A stretch of DNA of 64,000 nt, taken from Opitutales bacterium (lineage in GTDB: Bacteria; Verrucomicrobiota; Verrucomicrobiia; Opitutales; Coraliomargaritaceae). Positions within the stretch are counted from its first letter, which is position 1; each line of letters starts with the position of its first letter. Positions 32,224-41,793 of this stretch are shown piece by piece. The notes below the pieces were generated by a model. The model was given only the letters and a program-made list of their open reading frames with translations. It had not been told where the DNA came from and did no database searches. Location of the stretch: NCBI GenBank assembly GCA_049598495.1, contig JBMYNR010000004.1:18911-82910 (forward strand). The letters run 5' to 3'. The translations under genes were made by a program, and so were the position numbers.

Positions 32224-33006
32224 ATGCTAAAGAAGTTCACCTTGCTTATATACTGCCTCGGGTTTCTTATCTGGTTGACCGGCTGTCATACGGTCCCGCA
32301 GACGGGGCGCTCTGCCTTCCATCTGGTATCCTCGGAACAGCTGGCTTCGATGGCTGCCGAGCAGTTTGACCAGCTCAAGCAGGAGACGCCCATCTCCCGC
32401 GACCCGACCTATAATGAAATGCTCCAGAGAGTGGGTGAGCGGATAGCTTATGTGGCTGCGCCGGATATTCCCAACGCTGCGTGGGAATTTGTCGTATTTG
32501 AGGATGATGATCAATTGAATGCCTTCGCTATGCCGGGAGGAAAAGTGGGTGTCTATACGGGTATTTTTAAAGTAGCTAAGACCGATGCGGATCTGGCGAT
32601 TGTGGTTGGGCATGAGATCGCTCACGTGGCAGCTGGGCATGGGAATGAGAGGGTCTCGCAGCAGCTCCTTGCGGCGGGGGGTGCACTTGCTCTGCAGATT
32701 GGCACCAATGATATGGATAGCGATGATCAGGCCCTGGTTATGGCGGCCTATGCTGCAGGAGCGACGGTGGGTGTCATGTTGCCCTACAGTCGTCACCATG
32801 AACGCGAGGCCGATGAGATCGGACTGATCTATGCAGCCAAAGCGGGCTATGATCCGCATGCAGCGATCGGTTTTTGGGAGCGTATGGAAGCGCGGCAAGG
32901 CGCGGCACCACCGGAATTTCTTTCGACTCATCCATCTGGCTCCACGCGGATCCAAAGACTCAACGAGCTCATGCCTAGAGCTTATCTCATTTACCGAACA
33001 CGCTAA
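32224..33006 (+). CDS. M48 family metallopeptidase lipoprotein
   Basis: Lipobox LTGC, NAFAMPGG, HEIAH and FLSTHP motifs. Confidence 0.93.
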   Translation: MLKKFTLLIYCLGFLIWLTGCHTVPQTGRSAFHLVSSEQLASMAAEQFDQLKQETPISRDPTYNEMLQRVGERIAYVAAPDIPNAAWEFVVFEDDDQLNAFAMPGGKVGVYTGIFKVAKTDADLAIVVGHEIAHVAAGHGNERVSQQLLAAGGALALQIGTNDMDSDDQALVMAAYAAGATVGVMLPYSRHHEREADEIGLIYAAKAGYDPHAAIGFWERMEARQGAAPPEFLSTHPSGSTRIQRLNELMPRAYLIYRTR

Positions 33007-33010
33007 ATCC

Positions 33011-34387
33011 ATGCGCAATCCCATTGAAGTCCTTAAGGATTACATTCGCTTCCCTTCCGTTTCCACGGATCCTGCCTATGCCGAGGGCATGCGTGGTGCC
33101 CGCGAGTATGCCGCGGGTCTTCTCGAGGGACTGGGCTTTAAAGTCGAGCTTGTAGAGACTGATCTGCACCCGATTCTTCTCGCTGAGCGACTTGGGGATC
33201 CGGACTGGCCCCATGTGGCCATCTACGGTCACTACGATGTGCAGCCTGCCGATCCGTTCGATCTCTGGACGAAGCCACCCTTCGAACCCGAGGTTCGGGA
33301 TGGCCGGCTCTATGGTCGTGGGGCCGCGGATAACAAGGGGCCGACCATTGTCCATATGGCGGCACTTTCTCGTGTTTTGAAAGCGCAACCTGATTTGCCT
33401 CTCAACATCACTTACGTGATCGAAGGCGAAGAGGAAATCGGTAGCCCCAGCATGCCTAAGTTTTTCGATCAGTATGCCGAGAGGCTCTCGCGGGCAGACT
33501 TTATCCTCGTCTCAGACACTGGTAGTCCCAATACCGAGCAAATCGTGATTACAACTGCTTTGCGTGGTCTGGTCGATCTGGAGATAAAACTACGCGGCGC
33601 AAAAGTCGACCTTCACTCGGGTATACATGGCGGGGCTGTTTATAATCCTCTGCAGGCGCTTTCGGAAATCTGTGCCTCCCTCCACAATCCTGATGGGAGT
33701 GTGAATGTGCCCGGTTTCTATGACGATGTGGTTCCGGTCTATGATTGGGAGCGTGACGAATTGAAGCGATACCCCGAGACGGCAGACAGCTATCGTGAGA
33801 TGTTGGATGTCCCTGCTTTTTCTCCAGCCAACGGATTGAGTCCGCTGGAGGCGGTGCGCTTCGGGCCAACCCTTGAGTTCAACGGCATGGGTGGTGGCTA
33901 CCAGGGCGAGGGTTCTAAAACCGTGATTCCGAGTGAAGCCTTTGCTAAGATTACCTGTCGCTTGGTTGCCAATCAGGATCCACTTAAGATTCAGGACCAG
34001 GTGATCGATGCGATTGAGGCTCGCTGCCCTGAAGGGGTCCGCCTCTCGGTGCGCCGTGGGGGCCTCGCTGAGGCCTATCTGGTGGTGCCTCCGGGGCGCC
34101 CGAACACTCCTTCCGATCAAGTGGATTCCTTGGCTCGCGCCTTCAAGGCGACGGATGGCGCAATAAAGAACTGCTTCGGTCGGGCGCCGATCTATCTTAG
34201 GGAGGGCGGCAGTATTCCCGTGATTGCTGATTTCAAGAAGCGGGCAGGCTTGGATGCCCTTATGGTGGGACTCTTTACCCCGGTGGATAATCTTCACGCA
34301 CCGGATGAGAGTTTCAGCATCGAGCTCATGGGAAATGCGATCAATGCTTTTGAGGAGATCATTAAAAGTATCGCTCTTTCTTGTTAA
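33011..34387 (+). CDS. M20 family dipeptidase
   Basis: YGHYDVQP, GRGAADNKG, EGEEEIGS and NLHAPDE motifs. Confidence 0.93.
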   Translation: MRNPIEVLKDYIRFPSVSTDPAYAEGMRGAREYAAGLLEGLGFKVELVETDLHPILLAERLGDPDWPHVAIYGHYDVQPADPFDLWTKPPFEPEVRDGRLYGRGAADNKGPTIVHMAALSRVLKAQPDLPLNITYVIEGEEEIGSPSMPKFFDQYAERLSRADFILVSDTGSPNTEQIVITTALRGLVDLEIKLRGAKVDLHSGIHGGAVYNPLQALSEICASLHNPDGSVNVPGFYDDVVPVYDWERDELKRYPETADSYREMLDVPAFSPANGLSPLEAVRFGPTLEFNGMGGGYQGEGSKTVIPSEAFAKITCRLVANQDPLKIQDQVIDAIEARCPEGVRLSVRRGGLAEAYLVVPPGRPNTPSDQVDSLARAFKATDGAIKNCFGRAPIYLREGGSIPVIADFKKRAGLDALMVGLFTPVDNLHAPDESFSIELMGNAINAFEEIIKSIALSC

Positions 34388-34418
34388 CTAGAATTCGCCT
34401 GAGTCGCTTTCTCTTTTC

Positions 34419-35564
34419 ATGCTATCGACTCATTCCTCAGATATGCTCGGCGTCTACTGCCATGTCCCGTTTTGCGCATCGACCTGTGATTTTTGTGCTT
34501 TCTATCAGGAGAAGCCGCGTCGTGGCGATTTGGAACGCTATCTTGCCGCCATGGATCGGGAGTTCGCTCAGCTCCCCGTTGATCGTAGGGTGGATACAGT
34601 TTTTTGGGGCGGTGGTACTCCGGGGCTTTTGGCTGCGAAGGACTTGGAGCGTATGGGGAGCTCTTTGCTCGAGCGCCTTTCCGCTACTCCGCGGGAATGG
34701 ACCGTTGAGATGGCGCCCTCGACGGTTAAGGCGGATAAGCTTCAGGTGCTGCGTGATCTAGGCGTGACACGTATCTCCATGGGGGTACAGAGCTTTCAGC
34801 CTGAACTTCTCGAGTCGCTCGGCCGTCTTCATAATCCCAAGCAGATCTATACGGCCTGGGAGCGGGTCTGTTCGGCCGGGTTTCCGCACACAAATCTCGA
34901 TCTTATGTTCGCAATCCCAAATCAGAGTATCGAGCAGTGGGAGTCTGATATCCGGGAAGCCGCCCGTCTAGGGCCAAGCCATTTGTCCACCTACTGCCTT
35001 ACATTCGAGGAGGACACCGCACTTTATGTGAAACTCTCTCAAGGAAAGGTGTCGATTGATGAAGACAAAGAGCTTCGCTTTTATGAGCGGGGTTGGGACT
35101 TACTGGCCGAGCTTGGTTACGATCAATATGAGGTCTCGAATTTTTCGAAGGAAGGCGCGGAATGTGTCCATAATATAAATACATGGAAAATGCATGAGTG
35201 GATCGGATGCGGGCCTTCTGCGGCCAGTCAGTTCAATGGTGCTCGCTACCAGCGGCCCGCAAATCTTGACGAGTGGTGCGAGGCAGTCGAACGGGGAACA
35301 CCCCCGCGGATGGAGGAAGTCTCCCTTAGTGACGCCTTGCTTTTTGTCGACGCGGTGGTTTTCGGCCTGCGTATGAACTGTGGCGTTGATCTGGGCGATT
35401 TATCGATCCGGTTTCCGGAGTCTTCGAAGCGAAGTGAAGTCGAGGGGGTATTGCAACGCTACTGCTCGGAGGGGCTTCTTGAATCCTCGGGCGCGACCTA
35501 TCGCCTTAATCGTCGGGGACGGTTGCTCTGCGATGCAATCGGTAGCGATTTGCTCGCGATTTAA
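34419..35564 (+). CDS. hemW: Radical SAM heme chaperone (HemN-like)
   Basis: [19 protein letters not shown] and YEVSNF motifs. Confidence 0.88.
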   Translation: MLSTHSSDMLGVYCHVPFCASTCDFCAFYQEKPRRGDLERYLAAMDREFAQLPVDRRVDTVFWGGGTPGLLAAKDLERMGSSLLERLSATPREWTVEMAPSTVKADKLQVLRDLGVTRISMGVQSFQPELLESLGRLHNPKQIYTAWERVCSAGFPHTNLDLMFAIPNQSIEQWESDIREAARLGPSHLSTYCLTFEEDTALYVKLSQGKVSIDEDKELRFYERGWDLLAELGYDQYEVSNFSKEGAECVHNINTWKMHEWIGCGPSAASQFNGARYQRPANLDEWCEAVERGTPPRMEEVSLSDALLFVDAVVFGLRMNCGVDLGDLSIRFPESSKRSEVEGVLQRYCSEGLLESSGATYRLNRRGRLLCDAIGSDLLAI

Positions 35565-37009
35565 TCATATCGGCGGCGGAGGTTTGTGGGGAGAATGCCG
35601 AGTTCCTCGCGGTATTTTGCAACTGTGCGACGGGCTATCTTGATATCCTTTTTCTTTAGTTGGTCGACGATGTTCTGATCGCTGAACGGCTTCGTTGAGT
35701 CTTCCTCTTCGATGATATGACCAATCATATCCTTAATCGACTTATTTGAGACGGATTCGCCGTTAGCCGCCTTGTATCCTGGCGTGAAGAAATACTTGAA
35801 AGCAAAGACGCCGTGGGGCGTGCGGATATACTTGTTGGCTATGGCGCGGCTCACTGTCGTCTCATGCACACCGACGATTTCTGCTATGGTGCTCATGGTA
35901 AGCGGTCTCAGTCTCGAGACCCCGACCTCAAAGAACTCGTTTTGGATAGTGAGAATTTCACGTGTGATTCGCTCAATTGTTTGCTGGCGCTGTTCAATCG
36001 AATTAATGAGAAACTTGCCTGAACGCATGCGCTCAAGCATGAATTCCTTTTCGGTTTTCGTAAGTGTGCCTTTGGCCAGCATCTCCTTGTAGGTATTGCT
36101 GATGCGAAGCCTAGGTATGTAATCGTTGTTCAGGATGACTTGCCATTCGTCATACTCGTCTTTGTAGACTGAGACATCGGGATCAATGACACTATTAATG
36201 TCCGGGCTGAAGCGTTTTCCCGGAGCTGGTTCGAGAGTGGAGATTTCTTCAATGGCACTTTGAATGTCCTCTGCGCTGGCGCCGGTCTTTCGCTTTAACT
36301 CAGGTACTCGACGACGGACAAGTAGATTGAAGTGATCTCGGAGAATCCTTGATGCCAGAGAATCGCTGCGCCCACGTAGGTCGAGTTGGGTCGCCAGGCA
36401 GTCCTGCATGTTCTCGCTTCCGATACCCGGTGGATCAAAGGTTTTAAGCGTGCTGGCCGCCTTTTGAACGATGCCGTAGGGGATACGTGCTGTCAGAGCG
36501 ACATTTGAGATCGTTTCCGTGAGATAGCCATTGTCGTCTAGGCTACCTATTAAATGGAGTAGGGCTTCTCGTTCCTGTTTGTCGCAGTCGCTTAGCTCGG
36601 CTTGTTCAATCAGGTGCTGTTGGAGAGAGGCGCTCTCTGTTAGCGAGTTCATGAAATGCTCGCGCCGCTCCTCGTCCTCGTGTGTGTAGGTCTGGCCACT
36701 GTTCTCCTGGGCGTATTGTTCGCGCATGTCTTCGCTCATCTTCTCGAGAGCGCTAAAGTCGTCTGCGTTGAAGTCGAGTTCCTCGTCGGACTCTCGTTCG
36801 TTCTCATTTGGAGTCTCTTTCTGCTCCTCAACACTGATGCTCTCGATTGGCAACTCCTCCAGGAGCGGGTTTGCCTGGAGCTCCTCAAGGATCGAAGAGC
36901 GTAGTTCCATCGCGGGCGCCTGTAGAATCTTGAGTGAATTCCGTAACTGCGGCGCCAGGACGAGCGATTGCGCTTGTTTTTGTAATTGTTGAAATCCCTG
37001 TGAACTCAT
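35561..37009 (-). CDS. rpoN: RNA polymerase sigma-54 factor
   Basis: HETTVSRA and RpoN box [10 protein letters not shown]. Confidence 0.98.
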   Translation of the reverse strand: MSSQGFQQLQKQAQSLVLAPQLRNSLKILQAPAMELRSSILEELQANPLLEELPIESISVEEQKETPNENERESDEELDFNADDFSALEKMSEDMREQYAQENSGQTYTHEDEERREHFMNSLTESASLQQHLIEQAELSDCDKQEREALLHLIGSLDDNGYLTETISNVALTARIPYGIVQKAASTLKTFDPPGIGSENMQDCLATQLDLRGRSDSLASRILRDHFNLLVRRRVPELKRKTGASAEDIQSAIEEISTLEPAPGKRFSPDINSVIDPDVSVYKDEYDEWQVILNNDYIPRLRISNTYKEMLAKGTLTKTEKEFMLERMRSGKFLINSIEQRQQTIERITREILTIQNEFFEVGVSRLRPLTMSTIAEIVGVHETTVSRAIANKYIRTPHGVFAFKYFFTPGYKAANGESVSNKSIKDMIGHIIEEEDSTKPFSDQNIVDQLKKKDIKIARRTVAKYREELGILPTNLRRRYD

Positions 37010-37060
37010 TCCTTTGTCATGAAGTGATGACCGCCGATTTCTCGGAGTCGGTGGTATGAA

Positions 37061-37273
37061 TCAGATTAGTCGATTTCGGGCGCGGTTAATGGACTCGCTC
37101 CTGAATTCTGCGGCGCTGGAGCCCTTATCTCGTGTTGGTTTGAGCGCAGCAGGTCTGGCAAATTCCTTCGCAGCTTTCCGCTCGAACGTGTTGAGGATCT
37201 CTGCCTCGCTACGGGCAATTCCCGCGTGAAGCTGAGCTTGCAGCTCGCTGAATCTCTGTTCTATCCAACCCAT
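37061..37273 (-). CDS. Small hypothetical protein upstream of rpoN
   Basis: 70-aa ORF in the same orientation as rpoN; no recognisable motif. Confidence 0.4.
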   Translation of the reverse strand: MGWIEQRFSELQAQLHAGIARSEAEILNTFERKAAKEFARPAALKPTRDKGSSAAEFRSESINRARNRLI

Positions 37274-37468
37274 TGTTAGTTAGAAAATCCATTTTTAGCA
37301 TTTTTCGCAAGCGGATTTGTTAATCTAGCACAAAAAATGCTTCATATTTAATATACTTATCATTGTGATGGTCTCATGCTCGGTTGTGGCCTCGAGAATG
37401 CGTTCGTATAGGGAGGGTAGGCGGAGGTCGGGTTGACAGATGGAGATTTGCGGTTTTTCGTCATCTCA

Positions 37469-37786
37469 ATGATAACACTGACAGACAGCGCGGTTTCTCA
37501 AATTTGCTCTCTTCAAAAGGAAAAGGCGGCCGAGGGGCAGCTCCTACGGATCTTCGTAGAAGCCGGTGGCTGTTCGGGTTTTGAATATGGAATGTCCTTC
37601 GACGGCAAGCAGGCGGGTGACCATGAGTTGGAAGATAATGGAGTGCGCTTTCTCGTGGATGAGACCAGTTTTGAGTATTTGGACGGTAGTGAGGTCCACT
37701 TTGATGACGGGTTGAACGGAAAGGGCTTCGACATCCGGAATCCGAATGCCAGCAGCACTTGTGGTTGCGGGCGGTCCTTCAATTAG
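37469..37786 (+). CDS. HesB/IscA/ErpA Fe-S cluster insertion protein
   Basis: GGCSGFEY and CGCGRSF motifs. Confidence 0.95.
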   Translation: MITLTDSAVSQICSLQKEKAAEGQLLRIFVEAGGCSGFEYGMSFDGKQAGDHELEDNGVRFLVDETSFEYLDGSEVHFDDGLNGKGFDIRNPNASSTCGCGRSFN

Positions 37787-37797
37787 AGCCGATTGCA

Positions 37798-37896
37798 TAG
37801 AGCCGATTGCATTTAGGTAGAATAACTGGCTGGACGCCTTGCGCGGCTCTTGAAACGGCTCTCACCAGAAGTTCTAACTAAATGCAATCGGCTCTA
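37798..37896. mobile_element. MITE with 25-bp terminal inverted repeats and TA ends
   Basis: Left end TAGAGCCGATTGCATTTAGGTAGAA versus right-end reverse complement TAGAGCCGATTGCATTTAGTTAGAA (24/25). An extra 14-bp copy of the left end lies at 37784-37797. Confidence 0.85.
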
Positions 37897-38082
37897 ATAT
37901 TTTTTGGCTTAGCTCGAAGGAAATTGCGCCTTTGCGCTTGCCATGGGGCATTCGGTTGGTATCCCTCTCCGTTTTCTTGGCCAAGACGGCTGAGAGAAAT
38001 GGGGTAATTCCGCTCCGCAAACCGCAATAAATATAAGAAACACTGTTTCTCCCTGATTGGTTACCAGGGCTTTGAACACAAT

Positions 38083-38952
38083 ATGAATACCACACCAAAA
38101 GACCTCCTCGACGCAGGCGTTCATTTCGGTCACCAGCTTCGCCGGTGGAATCCGAAGTCCAAGCCTTACGTCTACGACAACCGCAACGGCATCTCCATAA
38201 TTGACTTGGAGAAGACCCACGCTCTTCTCGAGCAGGCTTATGCTAAAGTAGAAGAGATTGTTGCTTCCGGAAAAGACGTGCTCTTCATCGGCACGAAGAA
38301 GCAGGCACAGGAAATCGTCCGCGAGGCGGCTAACGCATGCCAGATGCCCTTCTGTGTGAATCGCTGGATGGGCGGTGGTCTGACTAATTTTACAACCATC
38401 AAGAGCTCGCTCGCGAAATACCGCAAGTTTCTCAAGATGGATCAAGAGGGTGAATTGGAAAAGCTTCCCGGCAAGGAAGAGGCGGCCATTCGTCGTCAAA
38501 TGAGCCGGATGAACCGCAACTTCGAAGGTATGCTTGAAGTGAACGAGCTTCCTGCTGCTGTCTTTGTGATCGACACCAAGAATGAAGAGATTGCCGTGGC
38601 TGAAGCCAGTCGTCTCGGTATTCCCGTGATTGGTTTGGTCGACACGAATTCTGACCCAACCGTCCTCGATTACCCGATTCCGGGCAATGACGATGCGGTC
38701 AAGTCGATCCGTATCATTGTGGAGACCATCCTCGAGGCGGCGCAAAACGGTCTTTCCAAGCGAGAGGCCAAAAAGGTTCAAAAGACAGCAGGCCCAATCA
38801 TTCGTGAACAGGTCTTCGAGCAACAGGAGGATGTTGAAGTGACGCTTCCTGCCGGCTACGGCGAAGACGAAGAGAAGCCCGCGCCGGCGGCCGAAGAGGC
38901 TGCGCCTGCCGCTCCCGAGGCCGCACCTGATTCGACCGAGGAATCCAATTAA
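38083..38952 (+). CDS. rpsB: 30S ribosomal protein S2
   Basis: LLDAGVHFGHQ..RWNPK and IPGNDDA motifs. Confidence 0.99.
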   Translation: MNTTPKDLLDAGVHFGHQLRRWNPKSKPYVYDNRNGISIIDLEKTHALLEQAYAKVEEIVASGKDVLFIGTKKQAQEIVREAANACQMPFCVNRWMGGGLTNFTTIKSSLAKYRKFLKMDQEGELEKLPGKEEAAIRRQMSRMNRNFEGMLEVNELPAAVFVIDTKNEEIAVAEASRLGIPVIGLVDTNSDPTVLDYPIPGNDDAVKSIRIIVETILEAAQNGLSKREAKKVQKTAGPIIREQVFEQQEDVEVTLPAGYGEDEEKPAPAAEEAAPAAPEAAPDSTEESN

Positions 38953-38972
38953 TTTCCCATCGATTACATATA

Positions 38973-39566
38973 ATGAGCGTACAAATTAATGCTAAAATGG
39001 TCGGCGAGCTGCGCGAGAGCACAGGCGCTGGACTAATGGACTGTAAAAAGGCCTTGGTAGAAGCCGAAGGCGATTTCGATGCAGCGGTTGAACTCCTTCG
39101 CAAGAAGGGGGTGGCCACAGCTGCGAAGAAGGCCGGCCGTGATGCCAGTGATGGCCTCGTAGATACCTACATCCACCTCGGTGGCAAGGTCGGTGTTCTC
39201 GTCGAAGTTAGTTGCGAAAGTGACTTTGTTGCAAAGACGGACGACTTCAAACAGTTCGTTAAGGACATCGCGATGCACGTGGCTGCAGCTAACCCGGTTT
39301 GCGTCTCTCGCGAAGAGATCGATCCTGCCATTCTTGCCGAAGAGCGCAAGGTGGCCGAAGGCCAAGCCGAAGGTAAGCCAGCGCAGGCGATTGAAAAGAT
39401 TGTCGAGGGCAAGCTGAATAAGTTCCTCAGCGAGTCCTGTCTTCTTGAGCAAGCCTACGTCAAGGATCCTGATCAAACCGTTCAGGAAGTCCTTACTGCG
39501 ATGATTGCCAAGATGGGCGAGAATATGCAAATCAAACGTTTTGCACGCTTCCAGGTAGGCGCATAA
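38973..39566 (+). CDS. tsf: Elongation factor Ts (short form)
   Basis: LRESTGAGLMDCKKAL and ESDFVA motifs; follows rpsB. Confidence 0.98.
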   Translation: MSVQINAKMVGELRESTGAGLMDCKKALVEAEGDFDAAVELLRKKGVATAAKKAGRDASDGLVDTYIHLGGKVGVLVEVSCESDFVAKTDDFKQFVKDIAMHVAAANPVCVSREEIDPAILAEERKVAEGQAEGKPAQAIEKIVEGKLNKFLSESCLLEQAYVKDPDQTVQEVLTAMIAKMGENMQIKRFARFQVGA

Positions 39567-39593
39567 GCATCTTTTCTTTGTTTGTTACAAGGC

Positions 39594-39627
39594 AAAGCCC
39601 CGCACCAAATCGATGCGGGGCTTTTTT
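39594..39627 (+). terminator. Rho-independent terminator after tsf
   Basis: AAAGCCCCGCACCAAATCGATGCGGGGCTTTTTT. Confidence 0.88.
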
Positions 39628-39774
39628 ATCATCGTCGTTTTTCGGGGGAGAATCAGGGAGCATTGCCTGAGCTTGTCGTCGGCCCCGAGCCCATCGAGGG
39701 GCCAAGACCGCCGTTCGCCCTACGGGTTCGCTGGCCATATCTCTATCATATGGGCAATCTCTCTCTCTGGTGCT

Positions 39775-39847
39775 GCGTGGTCCGATTCCTTCGGATCGGT
39801 TTTGTCGCCAGCTTGGGTCGGCGAACGTGCCCGACCTAAAATCAGGA
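39775..39847. repeat. Dispersed ~73-bp intergenic repeat B, copy 2
   Basis: GCGTGGTCCGATTCCTTCGGATCGGTTTTGTCGCCAGCT...CGACCTAAAATCAGGA. Confidence 0.85.
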
Positions 39848-39927
39848 GATACTTTTCTTTGTCGTGCATAAAGAAACCCCACGCTGTGAAGCACGGGGCT
39901 TCGGAGAGAGCAAAGATTCAGTTTTCC

Positions 39928-40245
39928 TTAAGCGAGTTTGGCCTTGAGGTCGTCCTTGGAGGTGAGACCAACGACGGTATCCGCAACTTCGCCATCCTTA
40001 AAGATGAGAATGGTCGGGATCGCGCGGATCTCATACTTGCTGGCGACCTCGCTGTTGTTGTCGACGTTGACCTTGCAGATTTTGACGGCGTCACCAAGTT
40101 CCTCGGCGAGTTCTTCGAGGATAGGTGCGATTGCTTTACATGGGCCGCACCAGGGGGCCCAGAAGTCGACCACCACAGGGGTGGAACCACCGGACACAGT
40201 GGAATCAAAATTGGAGCTATCGAGTTCTGTGATCTTGTCGGACAT
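39928..40245 (-). CDS. trxA: Thioredoxin
   Basis: DFWAPWCGPCK. Confidence 0.97.
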   Translation of the reverse strand: MSDKITELDSSNFDSTVSGGSTPVVVDFWAPWCGPCKAIAPILEELAEELGDAVKICKVNVDNNSEVASKYEIRAIPTILIFKDGEVADTVVGLTSKDDLKAKLA

Positions 40246-40272
40246 AGTCTATCTAGGTTAATTAACTTATTA

Positions 40273-40686
40273 TTATAGAAAAGGCAGAGCATCCTGAACG
40301 ATCAAGACAGTAAATGCGATGGTGATGCTTGCTGAGAGGGCATCGACAACGATCGCGGCAACAGTAGGAGATTCAGGATCTTCATCGATCGAGATGGAGG
40401 AATCTTGAATGGGTGCCGTAGTGGGCTCTTGCTTGGGAGTGAGTGCGGCTTTAACGGGAGTCGGTTGTGGAGCGACGTCGGAAGAGACGTCGGAAGAGAC
40501 GTCTCTATCGGGTTCGGACTGGCCGCTTGGAGACTTTGAATTGTCCGATTCTTCAAAGGAGGATACGAGCTTCACTTTAGGCTTTTTCGGAGGCATTGCC
40601 ATGGGGTCTGTAGCTGGGATGGCCGCTGTCTCGGCAGACTCTTTCTGCGTAGGGGTATTCTCGTTATTGGGATCCGTCATGGTCAC
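40273..40686 (-). CDS. Hypothetical low-complexity protein with C-terminal membrane anchor
   Basis: P/S/T/E-rich sequence, DVSS tandem repeat and hydrophobic C-terminus; collinear with neighbouring genes. Confidence 0.65.
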   Translation of the reverse strand: MTMTDPNNENTPTQKESAETAAIPATDPMAMPPKKPKVKLVSSFEESDNSKSPSGQSEPDRDVSSDVSSDVAPQPTPVKAALTPKQEPTTAPIQDSSISIDEDPESPTVAAIVVDALSASITIAFTVLIVQDALPFL

Positions 40687-40725
40687 GTGGACGTTAATCG
40701 GTCAAGCTAGTCTGTCAAGAAGGCC

Positions 40726-40992
40726 TTATTTCGGGCTGCTGTTTTTGATGATATCTCGTAGTTCTTCCTTCTCGATCGTGTTGATCGACTTGCCCTTACG
40801 GTCAAGTGTTTCGAAAGTCTTGACGACCGTCTCGGTCATGCGTTCGTGCGTCTCCTGCGAGCCGCCGACGATGGAGAAGCGCTCTGCTTGAGTGACCCGC
40901 TTGTGGCCGTCTGTGTTGTCGAGACCAATACCGATGAGATGAGCGGATGGTTTTTCGGGAGTATCCGGAGTCTGCTTGTCTAAGCGATTCAT
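40726..40992 (-). CDS. Hypothetical protein
   Basis: LIGIGLDNTDGHKRVT...VGGSQETHERM; collinear with scpA and trxA. Confidence 0.75.
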   Translation of the reverse strand: MNRLDKQTPDTPEKPSAHLIGIGLDNTDGHKRVTQAERFSIVGGSQETHERMTETVVKTFETLDRKGKSINTIEKEELRDIIKNSSPK

Positions 40993-41020
40993 TGGGTTAA
41001 GAAACAAATATGGACAGGAT

Positions 41021-41767
41021 TTAGTCCACCCGGGCGCAACGAATATCGGCAAAGGCGGCGTCTTGTTGCAATTGGATTTTTCCCAAGCGGGTGAGTTCAA
41101 GAACGGCTAAGAAAGAGGCCACGATCGTTGCGATTGTGGTGGTCGACTCAAAGAGATCGGAGAATAGAAAGCTAGGCTCGTGTTTGATGCGTAGGAGCAC
41201 AACTTCCATGCGGTCAGCCACGGTCACTTGCTCGGCATTGATCTGTCCCTCATCAATACGCTCGGCAAGGCGCCGTAAGACTTGGTTGAAGGTATTCCAG
41301 AGATCGACTCGATCAACGGGCTTAAGTGGACGCTCGACCGCTTCAACGGCATCCTTGGGGCCGATCCGGGCGATCAAATCGTTACTATTGAGAATCAGCT
41401 TACGTATGTCCTCTGCCGCCTCTTTGAATTTTCGATATTCCAGCAACTGTTGAACGAGTTCCCAGCGAGGATCGGTTTCATCGTCTTCAATGTCTTCATT
41501 TGCCCCCTGGTCCTTTTTGGGCAGCAGCATACGACTCTTGATATACATGAGGGTCGATGCCATCACGAAAAACTCACCGGCAATTTCCAAATCGAGAGAC
41601 TCCATCGATCTCATAATCTCGATATACTGCTCTGTTACCTTCTCGATTGGGATGTCGTAGATATCGACTTCACTGCGTCGAATTAGGTAGAGCAGCAAAT
41701 CAAGTGGGCCTTCAAATGCGGGGAGTCGAATTGCAAAATCGTTATCTGGAATGAGTGCTTCTTGCAT
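41021..41767 (-). CDS. scpA: Segregation and condensation protein A
   Basis: FEGPLDLLLYLI, IKSRMLLP and FLAVLEL motifs. Confidence 0.96.
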   Translation of the reverse strand: MQEALIPDNDFAIRLPAFEGPLDLLLYLIRRSEVDIYDIPIEKVTEQYIEIMRSMESLDLEIAGEFFVMASTLMYIKSRMLLPKKDQGANEDIEDDETDPRWELVQQLLEYRKFKEAAEDIRKLILNSNDLIARIGPKDAVEAVERPLKPVDRVDLWNTFNQVLRRLAERIDEGQINAEQVTVADRMEVVLLRIKHEPSFLFSDLFESTTTIATIVASFLAVLELTRLGKIQLQQDAAFADIRCARVD

Positions 41768-41793
41768 AGCTGCCGTTGTTTTTTGAAGTGGTA

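Noticed and set aside
39613..40278. ORFs 39613-40278 and 21788-21976 sharing the peptide WSDSFGSVLSPA
   Set aside because: The shared peptide is just the translation of non-coding repeat B; one ORF is also antisense to trxA.
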